The notes below the pieces were generated by a model. That model did no database searches. It was given only the letters and a program-made list of their open reading frames with translations, and was not told the DNA's origin. 64,000 nt of DNA. Source: Alphaproteobacteria bacterium. Lineage in GTDB: Bacteria > Pseudomonadota > Alphaproteobacteria > MPNO01. The position numbers and the translations under genes are program-made. Shown here in pieces: positions 22,467-32,609 of the stretch. How positions within the stretch are numbered: position 1 is the first letter of the stretch; each line of letters opens with the position of its first letter. The DNA is taken from positions 1,312,001 through 1,376,000 of the forward strand of contig CBDFLJ010000002.1 of assembly GCA_965248835.1 (NCBI GenBank), written 5' to 3'.

Positions 22467-24803
22467 TTGAGCACCAGGCCTGACGACCTGATCGAACGCC
22501 TCGAGTCCACCGGTGGTGGGCTCGTCACTTTTTGGGCGCGTATTCTTGCCGCGCTCGCGCTGATCTGGTCGCTGTTCCAGCTTTGGATCGCCTCCCCGCT
22601 GCCGTTCTCGACCGGGATCGCCATCTTCGTCGACATGCCGGCGCGCAGCGTCCACTTGGCGTTCGGGCTGCTGCTGTGTTTCCTCGCCTTTCCCTTCCGG
22701 CGCGGTACCCGCAGGACCAGGGTGCCGCCGTTCGACATCGTGCTGGCGGTGATTGCGTTTTTCTGCTCGGCCTATCTGTGGCTCGACTATGACGGGATCA
22801 CAGGGCGCGACGGCATCCTGCACACGCTCCAGTTCGCCGGCATCAAGGTGCCTTTCGAGGCGATCCTGGGAGGTGCCGGGATCGTGCTGCTGCTCGAGGC
22901 TACACGGCGGTCGGTCGGTTGGCCGCTGGTGATCGTGTGTGCGGTCTTCATCGGCTATTCGCTGGCCGGGCAGTCGATGCCGGAGTTGATCTCCCATAAG
23001 GGCGTCTCGCTGGAGCGGCTGATCGGCTATCAGTGGCTGACCGGCGAGGCGATCTTCGGCATCCCGATCAACGTCTCGGTAAGCTACGTCTTCCTGTTCG
23101 TTCTGTTCGGCGCCTTCATGGACCGGGCCGGCGCCGGGCGCTATTTCCTCGACCTCGCCTTCGCCATGGTCGGCAAGTACCGCGGCGGGCCGGCCAAGGG
23201 GGCGATCCTCGCCTCCGGCATGACCGGCATGGTCTCCGGCTCCTCGATCGCCAACACCGTGACCACCGGCACCTTCACCATCCCGATGATGAAGCGGATG
23301 GGCTTCACCTCGGTCAAGGCCGGGGCGATCGAGGTCGCGGCCTCGACCAACGGCCAGATCATGCCGCCGATCATGGGGGCGGCTGCCTTCATCATCGCCG
23401 AGTTCGTCGGCATCTCCTACTACGACGTGATCGTGCATGCCGCCCTGCCGGCGGTGATCAGCTACTGCGCGCTGTTCTATATCTCCCACCTGGAAGCGCT
23501 GAAGCTCGGGCTGAAGGGGCTTCCCAAGGCCGATCTGCCGGCGCTCAAGGCGACGTTCCTGGGCGGCGCCCATTTCCTGATACCGATCGGGGTCTTGATC
23601 TATTTGTTGGTGGTCGAGCGCTGGTCGCCGGCAAGCGCTGTCTTCTACTCGATCCTGCTGATGATGGCGATCATCCTGATAAATGCGGTCCGCAATGCCG
23701 GCAGTGTCGCCTCGGGCCTCGGGAACGGACTTGCCGTGATCCATAACGCCCTGGTCGCCGGCGCGCGCAACATGATCTCGGTGACCGCGGCGACCGGGTC
23801 GGCCGGACTGATCGTCGGCGTGGTTTCGGCGACCGGGCTCAACAACGCGATGCTGGGCGTGGTCGAGACGCTGAGCCAGGGTAACGTCTATATCCTGCTG
23901 CTCTTGACCGCGCTGGTGTGCATCGTGCTCGGCATGGGACTGCCGACGACGGCGAACTACATCGTCGTGGCGTCCCTGATGGCCGGCGTCATCGTCGAGC
24001 TCGGCAACGCCTCGGGGCTAGTCCTGCCGCTGATAGGCGTCCATATGTTCGTATTCTATTTCGGGCTGATGGCCGATTCGACGCCGCCGGTGTGCCTTGC
24101 CGCCTTTGCGGCCTCGGCGATCTCCGGCGCCGATCCGCTCAAGACCGGCGTGCAGTCTTTCATGTACGACATCCGGACGGCGATCCTGCCACTGGTCTTC
24201 ATCTTCAACCCCGCTCTCCTGCTGGTCGATGTCGACAGCGTGGGCGAAGGCGTGATGGTCTTCGTGGTCTCGCTGATCGCCATCCTGTCGTTCAGCGCGC
24301 TCACCCAGTGGTGGCTGTTCGTGCGGCTGCGGGTGTGGGAGGGGATCGTGCTGGTCGTGGTGATCGTCTGCCTGTTCCGGCCCGATTTCGTGCTCAACCA
24401 GGTCTTGCCGGACTTCGCTCCGGTCGACGCGGCGGAAGTTCAGGCCGCCCCATCCCCGGTCGAGCCCGGCCGCAAGATCCGCATCCGCATTGTCCGGCAG
24501 ACCGATTATGGCGACCGCTTCAAGCTGTTCGCCATCACGCCGGTCCCCGGCCGACCCGACCAGTCGCTGGCGGACGTACTGGGGCTCACGCTGGCGCCGC
24601 TCGACGACGGCCGGATCGAGATCGCCAACACCGCCTTCATGGGGCCGGGCGAGAAGGCGGGGCTCGCCTTCGGCGACATCATCACCGGCATCGAGGTCGA
24701 GCAGACCGGGCGGCCGCTCAAGGAGATCGTCTATCCCTTCGGGCTCGCCGCACTTGCCCTGGTGCTGGCGAGCCAGGCTCGGCGGCGGCGGCGCAGCGCA
24801 TGA
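22467..24803 (+). CDS. TAXI-TRAP fused permease (4TM/12TM) with a C-terminal soluble extension
   Basis: GGPAK, SGSSIANTVTTG, EVAASTNGQIMPPIMGA, LGMGLPTTANY, ADSTPPV. Confidence 0.93.
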   Translation: MSTRPDDLIERLESTGGGLVTFWARILAALALIWSLFQLWIASPLPFSTGIAIFVDMPARSVHLAFGLLLCFLAFPFRRGTRRTRVPPFDIVLAVIAFFCSAYLWLDYDGITGRDGILHTLQFAGIKVPFEAILGGAGIVLLLEATRRSVGWPLVIVCAVFIGYSLAGQSMPELISHKGVSLERLIGYQWLTGEAIFGIPINVSVSYVFLFVLFGAFMDRAGAGRYFLDLAFAMVGKYRGGPAKGAILASGMTGMVSGSSIANTVTTGTFTIPMMKRMGFTSVKAGAIEVAASTNGQIMPPIMGAAAFIIAEFVGISYYDVIVHAALPAVISYCALFYISHLEALKLGLKGLPKADLPALKATFLGGAHFLIPIGVLIYLLVVERWSPASAVFYSILLMMAIILINAVRNAGSVASGLGNGLAVIHNALVAGARNMISVTAATGSAGLIVGVVSATGLNNAMLGVVETLSQGNVYILLLLTALVCIVLGMGLPTTANYIVVASLMAGVIVELGNASGLVLPLIGVHMFVFYFGLMADSTPPVCLAAFAASAISGADPLKTGVQSFMYDIRTAILPLVFIFNPALLLVDVDSVGEGVMVFVVSLIAILSFSALTQWWLFVRLRVWEGIVLVVVIVCLFRPDFVLNQVLPDFAPVDAAEVQAAPSPVEPGRKIRIRIVRQTDYGDRFKLFAITPVPGRPDQSLADVLGLTLAPLDDGRIEIANTAFMGPGEKAGLAFGDIITGIEVEQTGRPLKEIVYPFGLAALALVLASQARRRRRSA

Positions 24804-26059
24804 GCGTTCGCGCGTTGCTGCGCCGGCGCGTGGCGGAATCGCGGGACCGGTTGATCGCCATGGCCGCCGGGTTGGTGCAGACTCCCAGCGCCAATCCGCC
24901 CGGCGATACCACGGCCATCGCCGCGGTCTGCGCCGACCTGCTCTCGGAGGTCGAGGGCATCGAGATCTCCTCCCATACGAAGGTCGAACCGATCACCAAC
25001 ATCGTTGCCGTCCTCAGGGGGGCCGCGCCGGGCCGGCGGTTGGTCTTCAATGGCCACCTGGACACCTACCCGGTGGGCGGTGCGGGCGGTTGGAGCGAGG
25101 ATCCTCTGTCCGGCGCGGTCCGCAGCGGCAGGCTCTACGGCCGCGGCGTCTCGGACATGAAGGGCGGGATCGCGTGCTCGATGCTCGCGCTGGCGCTGAT
25201 GGCCGAGTGCCGTGAGGCTTGGGCGGGCGAGCTGGTCATGACCTTGGCCGGCGACGAGGAGACCATGGGTACGGCGGGCAGCCAGTTTCTGATCGAGACG
25301 GTGCCTGAGGCGCGCGGGGATGCGGTGATCTGCGGCGATGCCGGCTCGCCGCGTGTGCTGCGCTTCGGCGAGAAGGGCATGTTGTGGCTCGATCTGGCGG
25401 CGGCCGGCAGGCCGGCGCACGGCGCCCACGTCCATCTCGGCAGCAACGCGATCGAGGCGCTGATGACCGGGCTCGCCCGCCTGCAGGCGCTGTCCGGAAT
25501 CGAGGTCGCGGCCCCGCCGGAGGTCACGGCGGCCATCGCGGCAGCCTCCTCGATCTCCGAGCCGATTTCCGGCACCGGCGAGACCGCGACCCTCGGCGCG
25601 GTGACGGTCAATATCGGCACCATCGAGGGCGGCCGCGCGGCCAATCTGGTCGCCGATGCGGCGTCCGCCCGGCTCGATCTGCGCATTCCGGCAGGGCTTA
25701 CCGCGGCTGCGCTGGAAGACCGGGTCGAGGCCGCGCTGGCGGATCTTCCGGGGATCAGCCACCGTGTCCGGCGGCGCTACGATCCGACCTGGACCGACCC
25801 CGGTCACGAGATCATCCGCCTGACCGCGGCCAGCGCCGCCGAGGTGCTGGGCACCGCGCCGGTGCTCACGATGCGCGTCGGCGCTTCGGACAGCCGGTTG
25901 TACAGGCTGGCCGGGATGCCTGCAGTGGTCTGCGGCCTCACCCCATACAACATGGGCGCCGCCGACGAGCACGTCACGCTCGACGAGTTGGAGGCGGTCG
26001 CCGCGATCCACACCCTGACAGCCTTCGACTTCCTGGCCGCTGATCAGAACAGCGTTTAA
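24800..26059 (+). CDS. M20/ArgE/DapE-family metallo-amidohydrolase
   Basis: ATG at 24800 overlaps the permease stop (ATGA); NGHLDT, GRGVSDMKGG, GDEE. Confidence 0.88.
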   Translation: MSVRALLRRRVAESRDRLIAMAAGLVQTPSANPPGDTTAIAAVCADLLSEVEGIEISSHTKVEPITNIVAVLRGAAPGRRLVFNGHLDTYPVGGAGGWSEDPLSGAVRSGRLYGRGVSDMKGGIACSMLALALMAECREAWAGELVMTLAGDEETMGTAGSQFLIETVPEARGDAVICGDAGSPRVLRFGEKGMLWLDLAAAGRPAHGAHVHLGSNAIEALMTGLARLQALSGIEVAAPPEVTAAIAAASSISEPISGTGETATLGAVTVNIGTIEGGRAANLVADAASARLDLRIPAGLTAAALEDRVEAALADLPGISHRVRRRYDPTWTDPGHEIIRLTAASAAEVLGTAPVLTMRVGASDSRLYRLAGMPAVVCGLTPYNMGAADEHVTLDELEAVAAIHTLTAFDFLAADQNSV

Positions 26060-26072
26060 TCGGAGGCGGGGC

Positions 26073-26500
26073 TCAGAAGCGGAACAGGATCTCCGGCAGG
26101 TAGGTCGCCGTCCACGGGACGAAGGCGACGAGCGCCAGCGTGAGGAGCTGGATGACGACGAACGGCGCGACGCCTTTATACATGTCGGTATAGCTCATCT
26201 CGGGCGGCGCGATGGCCCGCAGGTAAAAGATCGACGGTGCCATCGGCGGAGTCAGGTAGGAGGTCTGCAGCGCCACGCACACCATCACCCCGAACCATAC
26301 CGGATCGATCTGGAAGGACTGGACCAGAGGATCGAAGATCGGCAGCGCGATCAGGAGACCGAGATCCAGTCCAGGATGAACCCGAGGATGAAGATGATGA
26401 TGACGCCGTTCGCCGTCAGATCGAAATCCTTGACCATCGCCTCGACCAGCGAGTCGCCGCCGACGATGATGAACACGCTGGCGAACATCACGCCGCCCAT
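26073..26500 (-). pseudogene. Decayed second TRAP large permease (dctM), C-terminal part only
   Basis: Reads MGGVMFASVFII..FILGFILDWISV, then frameshifts near 26355 into LPIFDPLV..WFGVMVCVALQTSYLTPPMAPSIFYLR. It is paralogous to the adjacent dctM, with the N-terminal two-thirds missing. Confidence 0.85.
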
Positions 26501-26526
26501 CCGCGATCCGTATCCCAGGCGCGCCG

Positions 26527-27849
26527 TCAGAAACCGAAGAGGACCTCGGGCAGCCAAGTGGCCGTCGCCGGATAGAAAGCCACCATGCCGAGCGTCAGCA
26601 TCTGCGCCGCCACATAGGGCACCACCCCTCGATACATGTCTCCATAGGTCATTTCGCGAGGTGCGATCGATCGCAGATAGAAGATCGAGGGCGCCATCGG
26701 CGGGGTCAGATAAGACGTCTGCAAGACGATGCACACCATCACACCGAACCACAGCGGGTCGACGTCCGCGCCGCGAATAATGGGATCGGAGATGGGAAGC
26801 ACGATGATCAGAACCGAGATCCAGTCCAGGATGAAGCCCAGGATAAAGACCACCAGCAGGAACAGGAGGATGATCTCAAACTGGCCGAAATTGCGCCCCG
26901 ATATGAGGTCGGACACCAGGTCGCCGCCGCCGTGGATGATGAAGATACTGGCGAACAGAACACCGCCGACGACGATCAGCATGACCATCGAGGTGATCTT
27001 GATTGTCTGCGTCAGGGCTTTCAGAAGGACGTCGAAGGAAAACTTCCTGTAGACGATGCTCAACAGAACCGCGCCCGTCGCACCCACCGCCGCCGCCTCG
27101 GTCGGCGCCGCAATGCCGGCGAAAATGCTCCCGAGAACGGCGAGAACCAGGAGTGCGGCGGGGATCAACGCCGTCAGCGCGAGCCAAAGCTTTTCGCCGA
27201 TTGTGGCGTCGACCTCGGACGGATCGAGCCCGGGGCCCGCGTCCGGCTGGATCGCGCAGCGACCGATAATGTAGAGCAGGAACAGCGCGACCATGACGCC
27301 GGCGGGGATGACGATCCCGGCAAACAGGTCGCCGACGGACATTTCCGTGATCGAAGCGTAGACGATGATCACCACCGAGGGCGGGATCGTGGTGCCGAGC
27401 GAGCCGCCCGCGCACACTGTCCCCGCGGCCAGATCCTTGCGGTACCCCGCTTCCATCATCGCCGGCACGGCCATCAGCCCGACCACGATCTCCACCGCGC
27501 CGACGACGCCCGAAGAAGCCGCGAAGATGCCGCACATCACGATGGTGGTAATGGCGAGCCCGCCGCGGAACGCCCCGAACCAGACCTTGATGGCGTTGAA
27601 CAGCTGGGCCGCGATGCCGGCGCGCTCCAGCATCGCACCCATGAACACGAAGAGCGGGATCGCGGCCAGGATGAAGTTGGACGTAACGTCGTACATCCGG
27701 CTGTGAAACTGGATCGGCAGGTTCATCCCGTAGGCGAATATGCCAAAAATGAAGGCCGTCCCGATCAGGCTGAACGCTACCGGTATTCCCGCGAATACCA
27801 GCATGAACAGGAACGGGAACATGAAGACGGCGAGCGAGATGTCACCCAT
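26527..27849 (-). CDS. dctM: TRAP large permease DctM
   Basis: AIPLFVFMG, AASSGVVGA, GGSLGTTIPPS, QTSYLTPP. Confidence 0.92.
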   Translation of the reverse strand: MGDISLAVFMFPFLFMLVFAGIPVAFSLIGTAFIFGIFAYGMNLPIQFHSRMYDVTSNFILAAIPLFVFMGAMLERAGIAAQLFNAIKVWFGAFRGGLAITTIVMCGIFAASSGVVGAVEIVVGLMAVPAMMEAGYRKDLAAGTVCAGGSLGTTIPPSVVIIVYASITEMSVGDLFAGIVIPAGVMVALFLLYIIGRCAIQPDAGPGLDPSEVDATIGEKLWLALTALIPAALLVLAVLGSIFAGIAAPTEAAAVGATGAVLLSIVYRKFSFDVLLKALTQTIKITSMVMLIVVGGVLFASIFIIHGGGDLVSDLISGRNFGQFEIILLFLLVVFILGFILDWISVLIIVLPISDPIIRGADVDPLWFGVMVCIVLQTSYLTPPMAPSIFYLRSIAPREMTYGDMYRGVVPYVAAQMLTLGMVAFYPATATWLPEVLFGF

Positions 27850-28393
27850 GGGACGACGCCGGAATGTCTTCGGAGGGGTGCTCTAGCGGCGAGGGCCCCA
27901 GGTTCAGAACGCTACGCCAGTGGCGGATGAATTCCGCGATCGATTGAAGCGTCAATGAGGCAAAGCCGATCAGAATCCCGGCATAGAGCGGCCAGAGCAG
28001 CGGCTTCCAGGGACTGACCGGCTCAAGCTGTCCCGTCAGAAAGGCCTTCAGCCATCCGCTATAGGCGCCGATAATCAGGCAGATCAGCGCCGGAAAAACC
28101 AGGAACAGATAGACGAACAGGTTGATCAGATCCTGGTTCCTGCGCTTGAAGCGTGTCGACAAGAAGTCGATCCGGATATGGCCGTTTCGGCGCAGCGTGT
28201 AACCGGCAGCGAAAAGAAAGCCGGCGCCGTTCAACATGTAGGCGATGTCGTAAGCCCAAAGCGTCGGCGCCGAAAAAACCCGCCGCGAAACCACCTCGTA
28301 CAACATGTCGCCGATCATCACGACGAGAAACACCATCGCGATGCCGCCGAGGACATCGTTGATGCGATCGATCGCGCGCAGAACTGAGGTCAC
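27842..28393 (-). CDS. dctQ: TRAP small permease DctQ
   Basis: Four TM segments; YEVVSRRVFSAPTLW, HIRID. Confidence 0.9.
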   Translation of the reverse strand: MTSVLRAIDRINDVLGGIAMVFLVVMIGDMLYEVVSRRVFSAPTLWAYDIAYMLNGAGFLFAAGYTLRRNGHIRIDFLSTRFKRRNQDLINLFVYLFLVFPALICLIIGAYSGWLKAFLTGQLEPVSPWKPLLWPLYAGILIGFASLTLQSIAEFIRHWRSVLNLGPSPLEHPSEDIPASSHG

Positions 28394-28414
28394 GATGGAT
28401 TCGGGGCAGAAAGG

Positions 28415-28446
28415 GCGCGTGGGGCCGAGGATTCGCCCCCGCGCGC
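28415..28446. other. GC-rich hairpin between dctP and dctQ (possible mRNA stabiliser)
   Basis: Imperfect inverted repeat GCGCGTGGGGC..GCCCCCGCGCGC. Confidence 0.35.
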
Positions 28447-28465
28447 GCTCCCGTCTCCTGTCGGC

Positions 28466-29548
28466 CTAGTTATGCCGATAGATACCGTACTTCTGGAACC
28501 GGTCGTAGAAGCCCCAGTAGGAGCTCGAGGCCCGGGCCATCCAGGGATTACCCTTGGCGGTCTGCTTCTTGGCCTGCTGTTCCGACCACATGCGGCCAAG
28601 CTCCTCGATCTTCTTCTGGGCGGCCTCGTCGAGCGTGATCCAGGTATTCCTGCCCGCCTGCAGCTTCTTCATCGCATCGAGATCCTGGACGCCGAGCTGC
28701 AGCGCCGATTGAACGCCCGAATAAATGGCGGCCGCATTCATCTGCTCCCTGATCAGCTTGGGAAGCTTGTTCCAGACTTCCAGCTTGAAGACCGCTTCGT
28801 TCATGTGCGAGGGATTGTGGATCCCCGGCATGATGATGTACTTGGCGATCTTGTGGAACCCGACCTTGATGTTGGTCGCCGGCGTGATGAACTCGGTCGC
28901 GTCGATCACGCGCCGCTCGAGCGCCGTGTAGATGTCTGCGGGCGGAATCACCGTCGCCGAAGCCCCGACCATCTTGAGGATATCGGCCCAGGGGCCCGCG
29001 GTCCGGATCTTCATGCCTTTGAGGTCGGCGATGCTTCTGACCGGCTTGTGCGAATGCAGGAAGAACTCGGTCGAACCCATGCCGGTGACAAGCGGATGTA
29101 GCTGCTGGGTTTCGTGCCGGAAGTCCTCCAGGAGCTTGGTGCCGTCGGCGGCGATGTACCAATGCATGAACTCTTCCAACGGCATGCCGCCGACCATCCC
29201 GCCGAAAATTCCGTTCGCCGGGTCGGTGTTGACCGCGAAACCGGGATAGTTGTAGGCGACGTCGGCCGTACCCTTTTGCACGGCTTCCCAAGCGTCGAAG
29301 GGACCGGCGATGACACCGACGCTGAAGCCCTTGATCTTGACCTCGCCGCCGGTAAAGAGCGCCACCGCATCGACGAAACGCTGCATATAGTTGTTCCACG
29401 TCCCCGATTTGAGCGGGACGTAGGACGTCATCTTGAACGTGTATTTCTGCGCTTGCGCCGGGCTGACGACCTGCGGCGCCGTCATGCCGAGGGCAAGAAC
29501 CACGGCCGCGACACCGATCGCTCTCGTACGCCATCGTCTCAACATCAT
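28466..29548 (-). CDS. dctP: TRAP substrate-binding protein DctP (TakP-like)
   Basis: Likely start at 29548 (MMLRRW.. signal peptide); LKGMKIRTAG, DIYTALERRVIDATEF. Confidence 0.9.
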   Translation of the reverse strand: MMLRRWRTRAIGVAAVVLALGMTAPQVVSPAQAQKYTFKMTSYVPLKSGTWNNYMQRFVDAVALFTGGEVKIKGFSVGVIAGPFDAWEAVQKGTADVAYNYPGFAVNTDPANGIFGGMVGGMPLEEFMHWYIAADGTKLLEDFRHETQQLHPLVTGMGSTEFFLHSHKPVRSIADLKGMKIRTAGPWADILKMVGASATVIPPADIYTALERRVIDATEFITPATNIKVGFHKIAKYIIMPGIHNPSHMNEAVFKLEVWNKLPKLIREQMNAAAIYSGVQSALQLGVQDLDAMKKLQAGRNTWITLDEAAQKKIEELGRMWSEQQAKKQTAKGNPWMARASSSYWGFYDRFQKYGIYRHN

Positions 29549-29676
29549 CGAAAAGCCTCCCACTAGCGATATGCTGGTTCGTTGGTTCCGACCGATACTA
29601 GCCATGCGGCTCCGGTTGGCCAAGGGGAAGAATTCCCGACGCGGAGACCGCACCGCAACGCCGGCTCCACGCCCGC

Positions 29677-30990
29677 TCAGTCCATCAGGCGGGGCAGCCA
29701 GAGCACGATCGACGGGAAGGCGATCATCGCCGCCATCACAATGACGTTCAGCCCGACGAACGGCAGCGCCGCCCGGTAGATGTCGTTGATCGTGGTGCTG
29801 GCCGAGGCGATGCCTTTCATGACGAACAGCGACAGCCCGAACGGCGGCGAGATCGTCGCCATCTCCAGGTTGAGCACCATGATCGCGCCGAACCACACCG
29901 GGTCCCAACCCATCGCCGCGACGATCGGCATGAATATCGGGATGGTGACCATGACGATCGAGGTCTGTTCGATGAACATGCCGAGAAAGATCACGACGAG
30001 CTGCATCAGGATCAGCAGCATGATCGGATCGATCGCCGTGTCGATCGCAAGGCGGGTGATCGCCGGCGTCACGCCGGAGAAGCTCAGAAGCTGGCCGAAG
30101 GCGGCCGAGCCGGTCAGGATCACCAGCACCATCACCGACAACGAGGTCGCCGAGCCGATCGCCTTCTTCGCCACCTCCCAGCCCAGTTGCCCGTAGCACG
30201 CCGCGACCACGAAGCTCATCAGTGCACCCACTGCCGCGGCCTCGGTCGGCGTGGCGATGCCGAGAAACATCGTGCCGATCACCAACATGACGATCGACAG
30301 CGGCGGCAGCACGTAGCGCACGGTCTCGCGCAACCGGTTGACCAGCGGCACCGGCTCGACCACATAGGCCGGCGCGAGAGAGGGCTGCAGCCGGCAGCGG
30401 ATGACGATGTAGGTGACGTAGACCACAGCCAGCAGCAGCCCCGGCACGATGATGCCGATGAGAAGCTTGCCGACCGAGAACCGCCCGAGCGAGGCGACGA
30501 TCACCGCCAACGCGCTCGGCGGGATCAGGATCGCCAGCGAGCCGCTGGCGAGGATCGGCCCCAGCGACATCGACTTCGCATAGCCCCGCCGTTCCATGTC
30601 CGGAGCAAGGGTTGAGCCAAGCATGGCGACGCTGCCCATGGCAACACCGGTCAGCGTCGCAAACAGCGCACCGGCGCCCACCGCGAGCACGGCCAGACGC
30701 CCGGCGATGCGTCCGAGCCAGTGGTCGAGCACGTCGATCATCCGGTAGGCGACCCCGGAATGGAACATCACCGATCCCATGAGGATGAACATCGGCAGCG
30801 GCACCAGCACGAAGGTCGAGACCGAGCTGTCGACGCTTAGGACAAGCTGGTTCAGCCCCATCGCGCCGCCCCAGAACACATAGACGCCGACCAGGTTGAC
30901 CAGCATGAAGGCAAAGGCGACCGGCAGCCCGATCAGCAGCAGCACGCCGAGCCCGCCGAAGAAGAAGACCAGGTAGGCTGACCACTCCAT
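29677..30990 (-). CDS. dctM: TRAP large permease DctM
   Basis: PLPMFILMG, SGSLAILIPPS, ATPTEAA, DPVWFG, ISPPFG. Confidence 0.92.
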   Translation of the reverse strand: MEWSAYLVFFFGGLGVLLLIGLPVAFAFMLVNLVGVYVFWGGAMGLNQLVLSVDSSVSTFVLVPLPMFILMGSVMFHSGVAYRMIDVLDHWLGRIAGRLAVLAVGAGALFATLTGVAMGSVAMLGSTLAPDMERRGYAKSMSLGPILASGSLAILIPPSALAVIVASLGRFSVGKLLIGIIVPGLLLAVVYVTYIVIRCRLQPSLAPAYVVEPVPLVNRLRETVRYVLPPLSIVMLVIGTMFLGIATPTEAAAVGALMSFVVAACYGQLGWEVAKKAIGSATSLSVMVLVILTGSAAFGQLLSFSGVTPAITRLAIDTAIDPIMLLILMQLVVIFLGMFIEQTSIVMVTIPIFMPIVAAMGWDPVWFGAIMVLNLEMATISPPFGLSLFVMKGIASASTTINDIYRAALPFVGLNVIVMAAMIAFPSIVLWLPRLMD

Positions 30991-30996
30991 CGCCGC

Positions 30997-31533
30997 TCAG
31001 TCCCCGCCCGTGGCCGGCGCGGCATCGAGCGTGCGGACCAGCCTACGGATGAACTCCAGACCGAGGCAGAGGCAGCCGAGTGGAATGACCACGAGGTTGA
31101 TGGCCCTTGGCATCTCGATCTCGGCAGGAATGCGGATGCCGCGCTGGATCGAGGAGATCACCTCGAGCGTGCCGAACAAGGCCAGAACGAGGCAGACCGC
31201 GGCTCCCAGAAACGAGGTCAGGATCAACAAACGGCGGCGGACCGCCGGGCCAAGCCCGCCGACGACCAGATCGAGCGTGACGTGCTCGTCCCGGCGCAGA
31301 ACCCACGCCGCGCCGAGGAACGCGATATAGAGCAGCATCGTCCCGCTGATCTGGTCGATCCCGATCAGCCCTTCGCGGAAGCCGTAGCGGAAGACGACCT
31401 TGACCGTGGTCATCACCATCACCGCGATCAGCAGCGCAGCGGCGAGCACCGCCCCGGCGTTGACGGCGTGGTCGAAGACCGCCAACGCGCGCCGGCCAAG
31501 ACCGCGCGCTGGGATGCGGCGGTGCCGGCTCAT
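30997..31533 (-). CDS. dctQ: TRAP small permease DctQ
   Basis: VVFRY, FLGAAWVLRRDEHVTLD; four TM segments. Confidence 0.9.
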   Translation of the reverse strand: MSRHRRIPARGLGRRALAVFDHAVNAGAVLAAALLIAVMVMTTVKVVFRYGFREGLIGIDQISGTMLLYIAFLGAAWVLRRDEHVTLDLVVGGLGPAVRRRLLILTSFLGAAVCLVLALFGTLEVISSIQRGIRIPAEIEMPRAINLVVIPLGCLCLGLEFIRRLVRTLDAAPATGGD

Positions 31534-31589
31534 CGGTGATTTCCGCCGAACACGCGGACGAAGGTGCCGCCGGCACCTCGGCTCAGGGT

Positions 31590-32609
31590 CTAGTTGTGGC
31601 CCAGAAGGCGTCTCGCGGTCGCGTAGTCATCGGCCTTCATCACCGACTTGAAGTGCGCCCACAACGAATCGTTGGCGGTCGAACGCCAGCGCTTGGTCTC
31701 TTCGGGCGAGAACCTGACCAGCTTCATACCGCCCTTGAGCATGCCATTGAGCTGGGTCGCCTGGTAAGCGGAAACCCAGCCTTGCGACCAGGCCTGGGTC
31801 TTGGCCACCGCCTGATAGACCAACGTCTGCACTTCGCGCGGCAGCTTGTTCCATTTGGCGAGGTTCATCTTGACGCTGATGCCGTCGCGATAGAGCGGGT
31901 GATGGATGACGAACTTGGAGACCTTCTCCCAGCCGAAGGCGGTAAAGCCGTCATAGAACGGCCAGGTGAAGCCCTCCACGGTGCCGCGGTCGAGCGCCAG
32001 ATAGACCTCGCCCGGCGGCAGCGTAACCGGCTCGGCACCGATCGCCCTGACGAAGAAGCGGGTGAGCGGGGGAACGCGGATCTTCCTGCCCTTGAGGTCG
32101 CCGATCCCGGTGATCTTGCGCTGGGTGTACATGAAGTGGTTGCCGGTATGCGGCTCGCCCGAATAGTGGCCGAGATACTGCACGCCATGGCGCTTGAAGA
32201 TCTCGGCGATGAATGCGAACAGCTCGCTGCCCGGGCCGTTATCGGGGACCTCGTAGGGCGAGAGTTCGGAGAAATAGCCGCCCGGCACCACGCCGGCCCA
32301 ATAGTTGGGCGCGCCGTACCAGACGTCGAACAATCCGCGCACCAGCGCCTCGGGCTGATCGAAGGTCGGAATGACGTCGCGCGAACCCTTGAAGGTGATC
32401 GCCAGCTTGCCGGCGGCGAGCTTGTTGACGGTGTCCATGAACTTGATGCCGATGTCGGCCGCCGCCGACACCTTGGGCGGCCAGGAGCCGACCATCGTCT
32501 GCTTTACGGGATCGGCCGCCGCGGCGCTGTGCGCACCGCCGTGGGCCGCCAGCGAAAATGCCAGCAATCCGAACGCCATGCCACGCGCCAATCGCAGAAT
32601 GTCTCTCAT
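31590..32609 (-). CDS. dctP: TRAP substrate-binding protein DctP
   Basis: Start ATG at 32609 after GGGAGGG; signal peptide; LKGRKIRV, EVYLALDRGTVEG. Confidence 0.9.
   Translation of the reverse strand: MRDILRLARGMAFGLLAFSLAAHGGAHSAAAADPVKQTMVGSWPPKVSAAADIGIKFMDTVNKLAAGKLAITFKGSRDVIPTFDQPEALVRGLFDVWYGAPNYWAGVVPGGYFSELSPYEVPDNGPGSELFAFIAEIFKRHGVQYLGHYSGEPHTGNHFMYTQRKITGIGDLKGRKIRVPPLTRFFVRAIGAEPVTLPPGEVYLALDRGTVEGFTWPFYDGFTAFGWEKVSKFVIHHPLYRDGISVKMNLAKWNKLPREVQTLVYQAVAKTQAWSQGWVSAYQATQLNGMLKGGMKLVRFSPEETKRWRSTANDSLWAHFKSVMKADDYATARRLLGHN

Noticed and set aside
26340-26370. Programmed frameshift in the second dctM
   Set aside because: No slippery sequence, and the gene also carries large deletions, so decay is the simpler explanation.
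28466-30985. 839-aa ORF that looks like a DctP fusion
   Set aside because: The N-terminal part is an off-frame read through dctM. The real DctP starts near 29548 with its own signal peptide.
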